64,000 bases of DNA, taken from the NCBI GenBank assembly GCA_963771075.1, contig CAVYSE010000028.1, forward strand, positions 288,001 through 352,000. The letters are read 5' to 3'. Source of the DNA: a candidate division FCPU426 bacterium (GTDB lineage Bacteria > Oederibacteriota > Muellerivitia > Muellerivitales > Muellerivitaceae). The number at the start of each line of letters is the position of its first letter. The first letter of the stretch is position 1. Of the stretch, positions 48,414-59,200 are shown one piece after another. Under the pieces are notes generated by a model. The model was given only the letters and a program-made list of their open reading frames with translations, made no database searches and was not told where the DNA came from. The translations under genes were made by a program, and so were the position numbers.

Positions 48414-50534
48414 ATGGAAATGATGCCCTTTCTTCGCCGGCAAAGATTTTTTTTCTTTCCCTCCGCTTCCTGGACTTCGTTCAGTTTATTTTTAATATCA
48501 AATTCTTTTCTGTCGCATGGCTCTCTCGACTGGAAATCCAAACTGCTACTGGGATTCACCGGTCTTTTATTCCCCTTTTTAATTCTCCTTTTCAAACCTT
48601 ACCACCCACTTCCCGGGCCCGAGGGGTGTCAAGAAAAAGAGATTCCCCCCTTATCCCTGTTTTTTTGGATTCTCCTGCTTTTGGCGGCTGGGTACCTGCG
48701 TTTTCACGACCTCACCACCCTCTGCACCTGGCCATTCGTGGACGAAGGACGTTTCGGGTATTTCTCCCTTTGTTTGAGTGAGAAGTGGAGATGGAATCTT
48801 TTTTTTGACCAAACCCAAATTCCCCCTTTTTACTACTGGGGGCTAGGGTTGTTCTTCAAGGTATTCGGGCCATCTCTCCAGAATTTGTGGCTTTTCCCGG
48901 CGATCCTGTCTTTATCGGCTATCCCTCTGGTTTATTTCGCTTCCCGGCTTTTTTTTCCATCTTCGCGTTCGGTATGCGTTACCCTTTTCTGGGCCTTGAG
49001 TTACTGGCCCCTTTTTACCGGTCGTCAAAGCTCATTTTTGTCGCTTCTCCTCCTTTGGCAATTGTTGGCTTTTTATGTTTTGGGTTTATATCTGCGACAA
49101 GAACAACGAGGGTCCCATAAAGCGCAGGCTTTGATTTTGGGCCTCGTTCTAGGCGCCGGGTTTTACGTCAGCGTCCACTGGGTGTTTATGGCCGCTTGGA
49201 CCACCCTGGTCGTGGGGTTCCACCAATTTCGGAAACCCGTCAAAAGCCTCCTCCCTGTGATTTATTTTGGGGGCCCACTTCTTTTATTGCCACTGCCGAT
49301 CTTGGTTGCCTTCCTGACGGGGGATCACGGCTCCTATTTGCAATCCCTCAGCGTTTTTAGCAATGATTTTCAATGGTCTAAACAGGTGCACATTTGGTGG
49401 AAATACATGAGTACCCCGATTTGGGGGGACCCGAATGAACGCCTGGGTTATAACCCGATTTGGGGGGGGTATCTAAATCCCGTGGCGGGCGCATTCTTTT
49501 TATTCGGATTAGCGGAAACATTCCGGAATTTTAAGCAACCGAAGAATTTAGGACTTTTATCGGGTTTTGCTTTTTTCGCATTGCCTGGACTCATGACCTG
49601 CCAATATGAACCTTTTCGCCTTCTTCTCATCCTTCCGGTCCTTGCGTCGATAACCGGACTAGGTATTTGGAAATTATTCACCGAATCAGATAAAGCTACT
49701 TCAAGGCTATTTTGCGTTCTCTTATTGGTTACTTCGATCGCTTTGGATATATACCATTTGGATGGCCCTTACCAACACCTGTGGCGTACCGATTGGAAAG
49801 CCGCGCATATATCATCCAAACTATTGGAACGATGGAAAGCTTTCGAAATTCTCTCATCCATCGAAAGAAAATCGGGCCCGGGTCTTATATTCACGGAATT
49901 TGATCAAACACTCATTGATCAAACCTTAACCACCGCTCTTTATCCCTTTAACGCGTCGCGGAATCCCTCCCTCTCCCCCGATCAGGCCCGTTGGGCGAGT
50001 CTCCTGACCAACATCAATTACGCCCCTTTCCTGAACAAACGCTTTCCCGATTCCAAATGGTTTCCCTTATCGTCCGATCAAGACCCGTCCCATGCGACCC
50101 TGGTCCTGGGCATTATCCCGGTGGAACCCGAAAACAAAAAAACGTTCCTTCATTGGCTTGAAATCGAGAGAAGCCTCCGTCCCGAAACCTTTGAATGGCT
50201 CCAAATCCCTTTGAACCGGACCAGCCCCCACTTGAGCCAATGGCTTTACCCGATTCTTTCCATGACAGAAAAGGACCCTTTTTTGGAATCTTGTCTGGGA
50301 GAAAGGCTTTTTTATGCCGAAATGACCAACGCTCATTGGAACGATGTATTCAAGGTTCTTCAACGGGCCATCACCTTGGGCTACCCATCCGCCAATCTAT
50401 ACAATGATTTGGGTGTTTATTGGTTCGCGATGGGGAATCCCGACAAAGCCCGCGAAGCCTTTCAAGCCGCTAGGCGTTCACCCCTCCATTACATCGGCTC
50501 TCCCTATAATCCTCAGGTCACGACCCATCCCTAA
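48414..50534 (+). CDS. GT-C glycosyltransferase (PMT_2/ArnT-like) with C-terminal TPR
   Basis: Multi-TM, 'WPFVDEG' acidic motif after the R-bearing helix, 'PPFY', terminal TPR-like 'LYNDLGVYW'. Confidence 0.75.
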   Translation: MEMMPFLRRQRFFFFPSASWTSFSLFLISNSFLSHGSLDWKSKLLLGFTGLLFPFLILLFKPYHPLPGPEGCQEKEIPPLSLFFWILLLLAAGYLRFHDLTTLCTWPFVDEGRFGYFSLCLSEKWRWNLFFDQTQIPPFYYWGLGLFFKVFGPSLQNLWLFPAILSLSAIPLVYFASRLFFPSSRSVCVTLFWALSYWPLFTGRQSSFLSLLLLWQLLAFYVLGLYLRQEQRGSHKAQALILGLVLGAGFYVSVHWVFMAAWTTLVVGFHQFRKPVKSLLPVIYFGGPLLLLPLPILVAFLTGDHGSYLQSLSVFSNDFQWSKQVHIWWKYMSTPIWGDPNERLGYNPIWGGYLNPVAGAFFLFGLAETFRNFKQPKNLGLLSGFAFFALPGLMTCQYEPFRLLLILPVLASITGLGIWKLFTESDKATSRLFCVLLLVTSIALDIYHLDGPYQHLWRTDWKAAHISSKLLERWKAFEILSSIERKSGPGLIFTEFDQTLIDQTLTTALYPFNASRNPSLSPDQARWASLLTNINYAPFLNKRFPDSKWFPLSSDQDPSHATLVLGIIPVEPENKKTFLHWLEIERSLRPETFEWLQIPLNRTSPHLSQWLYPILSMTEKDPFLESCLGERLFYAEMTNAHWNDVFKVLQRAITLGYPSANLYNDLGVYWFAMGNPDKAREAFQAARRSPLHYIGSPYNPQVTTHP

Positions 50535-50591
50535 ACACCCCGGGTATTCCCGGTACCCTACAAGCACCCCTTCTCGAAGGGTTGAGGTAAA

Positions 50592-52685
50592 ATGAACCGG
50601 ATGAAATCCATTCCTTCCTTTATATTCAATCCCTGGGTTTACTTTCTTCTTTTCGGGGCCACTCTCGCTCTCCTTTCTTTTGGGCCCTTTTCTCTCCCTG
50701 CAAAAACCGGGATTGGATTTCTGGGTTTGGTCCTTCCCTTTCTCGCGGCTTTAATCCTCTGTCCCTCCGGTCAGACATTGGAAATCTCCAATCGAAGGGA
50801 ATGGCTTCCATCCGCCCCCGTTTGGTTTTGGATCCTTTTGGGCGGGGTCGCGGTTCTGCTCCGATTTTTTGATCTGACCACCTTTGCGGCCTGGCCCCAT
50901 TACGACGAAGGTCTCACTTCCTACTACGTCCTCGATCTTTGCCGGCATTGGCAATGGAAATTATTTTTCGGCAATAACCAAACCCCTCCTCTTTTCCTCT
51001 GGGGGCTGGCCTTGGTTTACAAGGTGGGCGGGGCTTCTCTTTTTTCCCTCTGGTTTTATCCCGCGGTCATTTCCCTTTTGACAGTCCCCTTGGGCTATTT
51101 CGCCGCGCGTTCATTTTTCCCAAGGTCATTTTCCTTGACCCTTGCTTGTCTCCTCTCCGTTGGTTTTTGGCCTGTTTTTATCGGCCGATTTTCCATACCC
51201 GCCGTATTGGTGGTTTGGGGAGAATGCGGGGTTCTTGCCTTGTTGGGATGGTCTTTCCGTTCCTTCCCCGCCGATAGGAACAAACGTTTATTACTTTTGG
51301 GCCTGGGGGTCGGGCTTGGATTTTACATTTTCATTTCTTGGCCGGTCGTGGCCCTGATGCTGGGGATCGGTGTGGCAGGGTTGGGTCAGTCCATTCGTCA
51401 TCCGCGGGAATTCGCAAAAAGCATGGTGTTTTTTGGGGCCCCCTGCCTTTTGGTCATCACACCCTTGATCTGGGAAGCCATTCGACTGGGTTACGGGGAT
51501 GATTTGACCAACCTGGCCGCCTTTGGCCATTCCATTCCGTTGAGTGAGCAATTTCAGGTTTCCTTTTCCTATCTCACTTCCCTCTTTTGGGGGCTCGATC
51601 CCCAGTACCATACCTATCAACCGGTTTGGGGAGGGTATTTAAACCCCCTTTTGGGCGCTTTATTCCTATTGGGCGCGCTTGAAATCATTCAAAACCGGGA
51701 CAAGGGGATTTACCAATGGCTGGCCCTGGCCTTCCTTGTTTTCCTCTTGCCGGGAATCTTCACGCGGGAAAGAGAGACTTTTCGCATCGTGACCATCCTC
51801 CCGATTTTATTCACCATCACCACTCTCGGGATGGTTCGGCTTTTAGCCACGGCCTCGGTCAAGAAAAACGCCTGGTTGCTCTCGCTTTTCCTCATTTCCT
51901 CCGCGGGCTTGGATATTTGCCATTTGGATAAATATCACCACCTATGGGATCGGGCGGACAATTGGAAAGGCTACGCCAAATCCCTGGAACGCTCTCGAGC
52001 CTATGGCATTCTTGAGAAAGTAAGCGAGGAGGAAGGCACGGGGGGTGTTTTTTCCGATTTCACGCCCGGCCTGAGCGACCAGACCTTAAGCCTCGCCGAC
52101 TATCGGTTTAACGGGGTAGAAAACCCAGCCCTTCCCTGGGAAAACACGCGCTGGGCGGCTGTTTTAACCAATGTCAATGAAAGACCTTTTCTGGAAAGAC
52201 GTTTCGGGCCGGGGCGGGCCTATGCCCTCTCCCGGGAGGAGCTCCCTGCCGATGGAGGCTGGATGCTTTGGATCATCCCCTTGAATGAGACCAACCGTCC
52301 GGTGTTTGGGCGGTGGGTTCAGGCAAACCAGGCCCTGCGGCCATTTACGGAAACCCTCCTGACCCATCTCCAAGGCCAAAGCTATGAAAAAAGCCTTGCG
52401 ACCCTGGCCGATGCGCTGCCCTCTTTCGGCCGGGATCCCTTTCTCCTTTCCTTCTACTGGGAAAAACGGGCGGACCTGTTGATGGAAACGGGAAATCTTT
52501 CCGGGGCCGAGGAATCCCTTCAACAGGCGGTGATCCAAGGTGAACCCTCCGCTGATTTATACTACCGGTTAGGGGTTGTCGAGCTGATCCTGAAAAAAAC
52601 GAAGACGGCCCAAGGGGCCTTTCAATCCGCCCTCCGCGCCCCCTTGAATATAACGAACTCATCCCAGGCCTTGATCTCCAAATGA
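50592..52685 (+). CDS. GT-C glycosyltransferase (PMT_2/ArnT-like) with C-terminal TPR
   Basis: 'WPHYDEG', 'PPLF', 'WGGYLNP', TPR 'LYYRLGVV'; paralogue of neighbour. Confidence 0.75.
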   Translation: MNRMKSIPSFIFNPWVYFLLFGATLALLSFGPFSLPAKTGIGFLGLVLPFLAALILCPSGQTLEISNRREWLPSAPVWFWILLGGVAVLLRFFDLTTFAAWPHYDEGLTSYYVLDLCRHWQWKLFFGNNQTPPLFLWGLALVYKVGGASLFSLWFYPAVISLLTVPLGYFAARSFFPRSFSLTLACLLSVGFWPVFIGRFSIPAVLVVWGECGVLALLGWSFRSFPADRNKRLLLLGLGVGLGFYIFISWPVVALMLGIGVAGLGQSIRHPREFAKSMVFFGAPCLLVITPLIWEAIRLGYGDDLTNLAAFGHSIPLSEQFQVSFSYLTSLFWGLDPQYHTYQPVWGGYLNPLLGALFLLGALEIIQNRDKGIYQWLALAFLVFLLPGIFTRERETFRIVTILPILFTITTLGMVRLLATASVKKNAWLLSLFLISSAGLDICHLDKYHHLWDRADNWKGYAKSLERSRAYGILEKVSEEEGTGGVFSDFTPGLSDQTLSLADYRFNGVENPALPWENTRWAAVLTNVNERPFLERRFGPGRAYALSREELPADGGWMLWIIPLNETNRPVFGRWVQANQALRPFTETLLTHLQGQSYEKSLATLADALPSFGRDPFLLSFYWEKRADLLMETGNLSGAEESLQQAVIQGEPSADLYYRLGVVELILKKTKTAQGAFQSALRAPLNITNSSQALISK

Positions 52686-52701
52686 AGGGAAGGTGGACCA
52701 A

Positions 52702-53067
52702 ATGGCGCATCGAGACTTTTTAAGCCTGGATTTGGCGGATCAGTGCGAAAGCTTGGCGGGGGAGGTCAACAAGGTTTATTCCCATTTAGCCTGGGCCATG
52801 AAAAACGCCACCGTTTCCCGCCTGAAGCGGCAGATCCACGAGTTGTCCGAGCAGGTCCATAAGGCCAAGACCTCCTCGGGGGCCCTCAAAACCCAGAAAC
52901 ATCTCAAAGAGGCGCTGTCCCTGACCCATGAGTGTGTTCCCCTGATGGCCCTCTGCTTGAAGAAGAACATGCTGTCCAAGGAGCTCCATGACCGATGGGT
53001 GAGACAACTAGGGGCGATCGAAGTTCAACTGGAAGACTGGCTAAAGGGAACGGGTGGTAAGGCGTAG
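52702..53067 (+). CDS. Four-helix bundle (23S rRNA IVP-like) protein, divergent
   Basis: Length and helical pattern match the family, but the conserved NIAEG motif is absent. Confidence 0.4.
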   Translation: MAHRDFLSLDLADQCESLAGEVNKVYSHLAWAMKNATVSRLKRQIHELSEQVHKAKTSSGALKTQKHLKEALSLTHECVPLMALCLKKNMLSKELHDRWVRQLGAIEVQLEDWLKGTGGKA

Positions 53068-53074
53068 AAGCGGA

Positions 53075-54034
53075 TTAAGAGTTGGATCCCTGGAGCTGGA
53101 CGGTAGAGACGGTTTCCACCTGAAGCGTGGAATGATGAATTCCCTTTTTTTCCTCCAACCATCGGCTGGAACGTCGAAGGATCTCCTGGGCCCCGCTCAA
53201 GGGCTGGTCTTCCACCACCAGGTGGGCGGTTAATTGAATCTCCCCTGAGCCCACTTCCCAAAGATGCACATGGTGGACGTCCCGGATCTCCTTGATCTCC
53301 TCCATGAGATCTTTGCGAATCACGTCCGGGGTCATTCCACGGGGCGCCGACTCCAGCAGGATACGCAGGGCCCGCCGGAAAAGTTTGAATGCGATCAAGC
53401 CGATGAGGCAGGCGATCCCCAGGCTCAAGAGGGGATCCACCCAGGCCCATCCGGTTTTCGCGATGACAACCACGGCCACTAATACCCCCAGGGAGGAGGC
53501 AAGGTCACCCATCACATGGATCCAAGCGCTCTGCAGGTTCAAATCATGGCCTTCGGCCCCATGCAGGAACCAAGCCGACAGCGCGTTGGCCAGAAACCCC
53601 ACACCCGCGATGATTCCCATGGTTTTCCAATCGGGAAGACTTGGGTGGGAAAAACGCTGGAAGGCCTCCCAGGCCACCCCTCCGACCATGAGAAAAAAAG
53701 TCATGGAATTGCCCAGCGCGGCCAAGACCTCCAGCCGGGCCCATCCGTAGGTGTGGCGGGAACTGGCGGGCCTCTCGGCCATAATCATGGCGGCGAGGGA
53801 AATGAGAAGCGCGGCCAAATCCGTGAGCATGTGCCCCGCGTCGGAAAGCAACGCCAGGGAACCCGAGAGCACTCCTCCCACCGCTTCCAGGACCAGGATA
53901 CCGCCCGTGATTCCGATGGCCCATAACATTCGGGATTGGCGGCCTCGATCCAAGAACTCCTGGGTCTCGTGAGCATGCGAATGGGCCGATGGGTGGGTAA
54001 GCTTTATTGAATGAGAATGGCTCATGAGCCCCAT
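53075..54034 (-). CDS. Cation diffusion facilitator (ZitB/CzcD-like)
   Basis: His-rich N-terminus, 'SLALLSDAGHMLTD', 'HVMGD', 'HHVHLW', 'HSTLQVE'. Confidence 0.95.
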   Translation of the reverse strand: MGLMSHSHSIKLTHPSAHSHAHETQEFLDRGRQSRMLWAIGITGGILVLEAVGGVLSGSLALLSDAGHMLTDLAALLISLAAMIMAERPASSRHTYGWARLEVLAALGNSMTFFLMVGGVAWEAFQRFSHPSLPDWKTMGIIAGVGFLANALSAWFLHGAEGHDLNLQSAWIHVMGDLASSLGVLVAVVVIAKTGWAWVDPLLSLGIACLIGLIAFKLFRRALRILLESAPRGMTPDVIRKDLMEEIKEIRDVHHVHLWEVGSGEIQLTAHLVVEDQPLSGAQEILRRSSRWLEEKKGIHHSTLQVETVSTVQLQGSNS

Positions 54035-54172
54035 TGTATTGTCTTCACTTTCCCTTTAAACAGGGGATTAAAGGGATAAATTTACTTTCATTTCAAGGCA
54101 GGGTGAAGACTTGTTAAAATCGAAAAGTTCCCTGGCTGATTCCAATCCCAGCTTCCCGCGGACAAGCGAACA

Positions 54173-56284
54173 ATGGAAAACAGATTCAACTCCCATTTGG
54201 GAACAAGCCTGCGTTCTTGGTTTTGTTTTATTTGTTTTTCCCTCACACTTTCGGTTTTAGCCTACTTCCCACTTTCTTTTACTTGTAAAGCCTGGATCTT
54301 CCTTTTAGGTTTTGGAATTCCATTATTTGTTATTTTTGCTTTTACCCCCACTCCTCCTCCCTCAGGCCAGGTAATCCCTCCTTTCCTGGCTGAGGATCAC
54401 CTGGGCCCTCTCCACACCCGTCCCTGGATCGGACTTGTCTTGGTTCTCATCGCGGGGTTGGCCCGATTTTGGGATATCGGGTCCTCGAACCGCTGGCCGG
54501 GCGGGGATCCCGCCCTGACGGCCTTATCGGTCATTCCCTGGATGGATCATTTACAATGGAAACCCTTTGTCACCCTCAGCCAGATCCCTAGCACGCTTTA
54601 TTATCTTTTCTATCTCGTAACAAGGATGACAGGCTCCTTTATTTTGGGCATCCAGCTTCCTTCCGCAGTTCTCTCGTTTTTGACCCTCCTGATGGGATAT
54701 TCCGCCGGTCGAATATTTTTCCCCCGCACCCTCTCAATGATTTTGGGATCATTGATCGCTTTCAACATCTGGGACCTTATGCTTTCGCGTTGCGATGAGG
54801 CCGGGGTCTTACTTCCCCTTTGGGAGTGGAGCGTTTATGTTGTCCTCGGGCTCTTGATTAAATCTGCAAACCCCACAACCTGTAAGTTTCGGGCCTGCCT
54901 TTTGGGATTGGTCCTAGGATTGGGGCCTTATACCTTTATGGCTTGGCCCGTACTGGCGGTTTTGGTTTTTGGAATCGCGATGGGTTGGTTTTGGAAAAAA
55001 CGTGACGCGGCGGCTGGGGGATTTTTTTTATTTTTCCTGTTTCTGGCCCTAACCCCTTTCTTGCTTTCGGTGATGCGGGAAGGCTACGGCGGGCATCTCC
55101 ATGATGTGGCGGCCTGGAACGCTCCAGCATTTTCATGGTTCGCCCAAACATGGGTGGTTTTCAGCTATTTTCAGTCGATTTTCTGGGGCGGGACACCCGG
55201 TATCGATTTGGCTCCCGGGGGAGGGTTTTTAAATCCCATCCTGGGATCCTTTCTTCTCCTGGGTCTCCTTGAAGTCGTAAAATTCAGGCGTCATTTCCTT
55301 TCTCGGTTCCTACTAGTTGCATTACCCCTTTTCCTCCTGCCCGGGCTTCTCTCCCGTAATCTCGAAGCTCATCGGATGATTCTTGTTTTACCCATCCTTT
55401 TGATCATCGCAGCGGTGGGAATCCAATCCTTGGTAACTTCCGTTCCCGGCCGTATCCGCCTGATCATACTGGTCGGGTTCTTGGGAATTTCCGCCATTGG
55501 TGACTCAAGTCGCCTGTTCTTGCCTACAACTGAGATAAAACAAACCTTAGAGTCCCGGGAGGATTTTCGGACCTTACAGGCTTTGGCTCGCGAGCAAGGT
55601 CCAGGGTGGTTCTTTTCCGATATGATTCCCAATACGGAGGATTATTCTCTCGCCTATTGCACCTATCCTTTCAACGCGGCCTGGAATCAACACCTCAAGC
55701 AAGACGTGAAATGGGCCGCCGTTTTTACCCAAACCCATTATCTTCCCTTTCTTTCCAAGGCCTTTCCTTCCTGCCAATGGAGGGTCGCTCCGGCGGATAA
55801 ACCCGGGGTCCCCAGCCGTCACGCTTTGGGGGCGATGGTGGTCACCCCTGAAAACCGCTCACGATTGGAAGGATGGAGGTCATTTTATTTAATCCAGCAA
55901 GAGCTCAATTTGGAATCAGCGGATATCCCGACCGGAAAATCCCATCAAGCCGTCCTGGAAAAATTCCTCCGGGCTTATCCGCAAGTTCCGGCGGACCCCT
56001 TCCTTCAATCCTGTTATTTTGAAAAACTGGTCTATAACTTTTCCTGGGAAAATACCTTTAATCCCGAGGATACATGGACGAATTGGAAGAATTTTTCCGA
56101 TATCTTCCAAAAATCGTTTGAGAAAAGTTACCGGGACGCGGAACTCTGCGAGAAATACGGCCACCTCCTGGCCGTGGAGGGGGAAGACGACAGGGCGAAA
56201 AAAATGCTGGAGAGAGCGGTGAAACTTGCGCCCGGGGTTCCCTGGTTGAAGTATGAAATCAAGCAGTTGGGTTTAGGGAGTTAA
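54173..56284 (+). CDS. GT-C glycosyltransferase-like protein with C-terminal TPR
   Basis: Paralogue of the 48414 and 50592 proteins ('WPGGD', 'GGFLNP', 'YPFNA'). Confidence 0.72.
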   Translation: MENRFNSHLGTSLRSWFCFICFSLTLSVLAYFPLSFTCKAWIFLLGFGIPLFVIFAFTPTPPPSGQVIPPFLAEDHLGPLHTRPWIGLVLVLIAGLARFWDIGSSNRWPGGDPALTALSVIPWMDHLQWKPFVTLSQIPSTLYYLFYLVTRMTGSFILGIQLPSAVLSFLTLLMGYSAGRIFFPRTLSMILGSLIAFNIWDLMLSRCDEAGVLLPLWEWSVYVVLGLLIKSANPTTCKFRACLLGLVLGLGPYTFMAWPVLAVLVFGIAMGWFWKKRDAAAGGFFLFFLFLALTPFLLSVMREGYGGHLHDVAAWNAPAFSWFAQTWVVFSYFQSIFWGGTPGIDLAPGGGFLNPILGSFLLLGLLEVVKFRRHFLSRFLLVALPLFLLPGLLSRNLEAHRMILVLPILLIIAAVGIQSLVTSVPGRIRLIILVGFLGISAIGDSSRLFLPTTEIKQTLESREDFRTLQALAREQGPGWFFSDMIPNTEDYSLAYCTYPFNAAWNQHLKQDVKWAAVFTQTHYLPFLSKAFPSCQWRVAPADKPGVPSRHALGAMVVTPENRSRLEGWRSFYLIQQELNLESADIPTGKSHQAVLEKFLRAYPQVPADPFLQSCYFEKLVYNFSWENTFNPEDTWTNWKNFSDIFQKSFEKSYRDAELCEKYGHLLAVEGEDDRAKKMLERAVKLAPGVPWLKYEIKQLGLGS

Positions 56285-59200
56285 AGTGGGACAGCTTTGG
56301 CCCGGTTTTCTCGGATGAAAAGAAGATGCGCTTCCTTGACGGGATAAGGAGTGGTCTGTCCCAGAAGTTTGGCGTAATGCTTCAATTGCTTGCCGTATTT
56401 CTCGGCTAACTTGTTCGGGTCACGGTCGGTTTTATAATCAACGATCACCCATTTCCCTTCTTCCAGAAAAACTAGGTCGAGCACGGCGTTCAAGAAATCC
56501 TTTTCGTGTTTCCCCGTGAGAGGTAATTCCCGGAAGGTCCGTTCGGACCTTTTAGCCCTTTGGATGAGAGGGTTCGCAAGGGTTTGTTCAACCCACTGGG
56601 CGGCCTCGAGTCTTTGCTCGGATGTGAGCCCCATCTTCTCCCCGTAATATTCCGCTGCTTGGGGGATCTGGGCCGGTTTCCAATCCCAGGCCTTTTCCAA
56701 AAGTAAATGCGTGAATGAACCCAATTCCTTTCCTCCCCAGGGGGAACTGGGCTCGGGCCCTTCCCAGAAACGCTCTTCGGTTTCCTTTTTATCTTCATCC
56801 ACCCCGAGAACTGAGGTAACGGATTGAAAGGTGCGCTTACCCCTCATCCCTTCGACCTGGTTTTTTCTCATTTGCCGTTCAGAATCGAGTTTTTCTTTTT
56901 CCGTTTGAAGCGCTGGGTCTTTGGGATCCACGTTCAGCTTCACCGTCCAGACCGGCGGGTCTTCTAAGGATTCCTTGAGGCTGTCAGGCTCGGCCCAAAG
57001 CACTGGCGAGCCCTTTTCTTCCAAGGCCTTCAAGAGCGGTCCCGCAAATAGGTTTTCGTTTTGGAATTTGCCCTCGGGGGGCAATTGGAAATACGGTAGC
57101 AAAAGACAATCCCGGGCGCGGGTGACGGCCACATAGAGCAGGCGGGTGTTCTCAGCCAGTTGTTGTAGTTCCTCGTCTTGTTTGACCGGGTCGTAATTGG
57201 TCGTCTTTAGACCCAGGTCAACCTTGCCCACCTTGAAGGCACCCGCCATGGCCTTGCGGTCCACCAGGCTCCCCGAATCCTTCGGGTCCGACGCCCAGGC
57301 GGAAATAAAGACGATAGGAAATTCCAGCCCCTTGGCCTTGTGGATGGTCATCAAGGTGATGCGGTCCTCCGAGGAATCGGGCCCAGGGGCCTCGCCCTCT
57401 AAGGTTCCCTCTTCCTGTTGGGTGATCAGCCATTGGGTGAAGGCCCGGTAGGTGAAATGCTGGGTGGTTTCCAGATTCCGAGCCTGGTCCAACACCTTCA
57501 TCAGGTTGGCGACCCGCTGTTCCCCGTGGGGTTGTCCAGCGGTGATGGCCAGAAGGTTGGTGTGCTCATAAAGGTAGCTCAGGGTTTCCGAAACGCCGAG
57601 GATGCGGGTGGCATCGAACCAATCCCGTAAACACTTAAAGGCTTTTCCCATCTTTTCTTTCGCATCTTCTTGAAACAGGAAAGAACCTTTGTCGGCACGA
57701 TGAAGGAACAAATCTTCGTCCGAAAACCCAAAGAGGGGCCCCCGCAAGACCGCCACGCAGGCCGCCTCGTCCGCCGGCGAGGAGAGGCAGGTGAGGAGGG
57801 TAGAAAGGGCAACGATCTCGGGCCGGTTGTAGAATCTTTTGCCCCCGATGATCTGGTAGGGCAGGTCCCGCTTGCGCAAGGCTTCTTCCCAGAATTCCTC
57901 GTTTTCATTGGAAAGGTCTCGAAACAGGATGGCGATATCACCCGCCCGAATCGGTCTTTTCTCATGTGTCTGCGGGTCCGAGACCGTCCATCCACCATTA
58001 AGGACCTTTTCTTTCAAGTAGGCCGCCACCCATTCAGCTTCCTGCTGACGGTAAAAGGATTTGGTATCTTCCGACCATTCGGGAATGGGAACCTTCAGAC
58101 CCCAAAGAATAGGGAGTGTGCCTTCGGTCTTCCCTTTTTCCCTGCTGGCGTTCAAGGCCCGATAGGTGATGCCCGAACCCTCGAATTGGGGAAGAAACCG
58201 CTCGTTGACCCATTCGACCAACCCACCCACGGTTCGGAAATTCTCGGTCAGCACCTCCACCTTGCCGCCATTGGCTAGGATTCGTTCCTTGGTAGCTTCG
58301 TAGATGGCCACGTCCGCCCTCCGGAAACGGTAGATGCTTTGTTTGGGGTCTCCCACCAAGAACAGCTTTCCAGGTTCAAGAGCAGCCTTCTTCCAGTCTT
58401 TTTCGTGGCGCCCCTGTAATTCGCAAAGGAAGAAAACTATCTCGACCTGAAGCGGGTCTGTGTCTTGGAACTCGTCCACAAAGAGGGTGTCGAACCGTTT
58501 TTTTATCTCTTCCCGGCTGTCCGGGTGGTCACGTAGAAGGTCCCGAGTCTTTAAAAGCAGGTCGTCGAAATCGAGGAATCCGCTTCGAGCCTTCTGGGTT
58601 TCCCATTCCTTCAAGTAGCCCCCGATCCAATGGATGAGGTTCAACAACACCGCTTCCCGGAAGGGGGCAAAAGCGGAGCTGTGATCCTCGGCGAGTCGTT
58701 CAAAACGCAGGCGGATCTCTTCCAAAACCGCCTTGTCCCAAGCCTTTTGATTGCCTTTCTTTTTGGCCTTGGGAATATCGAGTGAAGCCAATTCAAAAGC
58801 TATCTCTTCAGGCTTTATCGGACCACTCGCATCAATTGCTTTCCCCTTCTCCCTTGCGGGGAGAAGGTCGGGATGTGGGTGGGAATGGCTAACATGGTTA
58901 CCCCTCACCCTACCCTCTCCCTCAAGGGGAGAGGGTTTTTCCAAAATTTCGATGATTTGACTATCGGCCCAGAAGGATTCAAGAGCTTCATACAACTTGT
59001 CTTTGTGGTCCTTGCAGTCTTTCGCGGTCTTTTTGCTCCAAGCGAGGAATTCTTTCCACTCCTTGCGGAATGGCTCGACCGAGAGAAGCGCTTGTTTTTC
59101 CGGGGTTTTCAGAAGAGTCCGATTGCGTTTGAGGAATTGTTTGAGTTTATCCACATGCTCGAAAGTTCCCCCCAGGCGCAGGAACCGGAAGAGGGGTTCA

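Noticed and set aside
52702..53067. Avd accessory protein of a diversity-generating retroelement
   Set aside because: No reverse transcriptase or TR/VR pair in the window.
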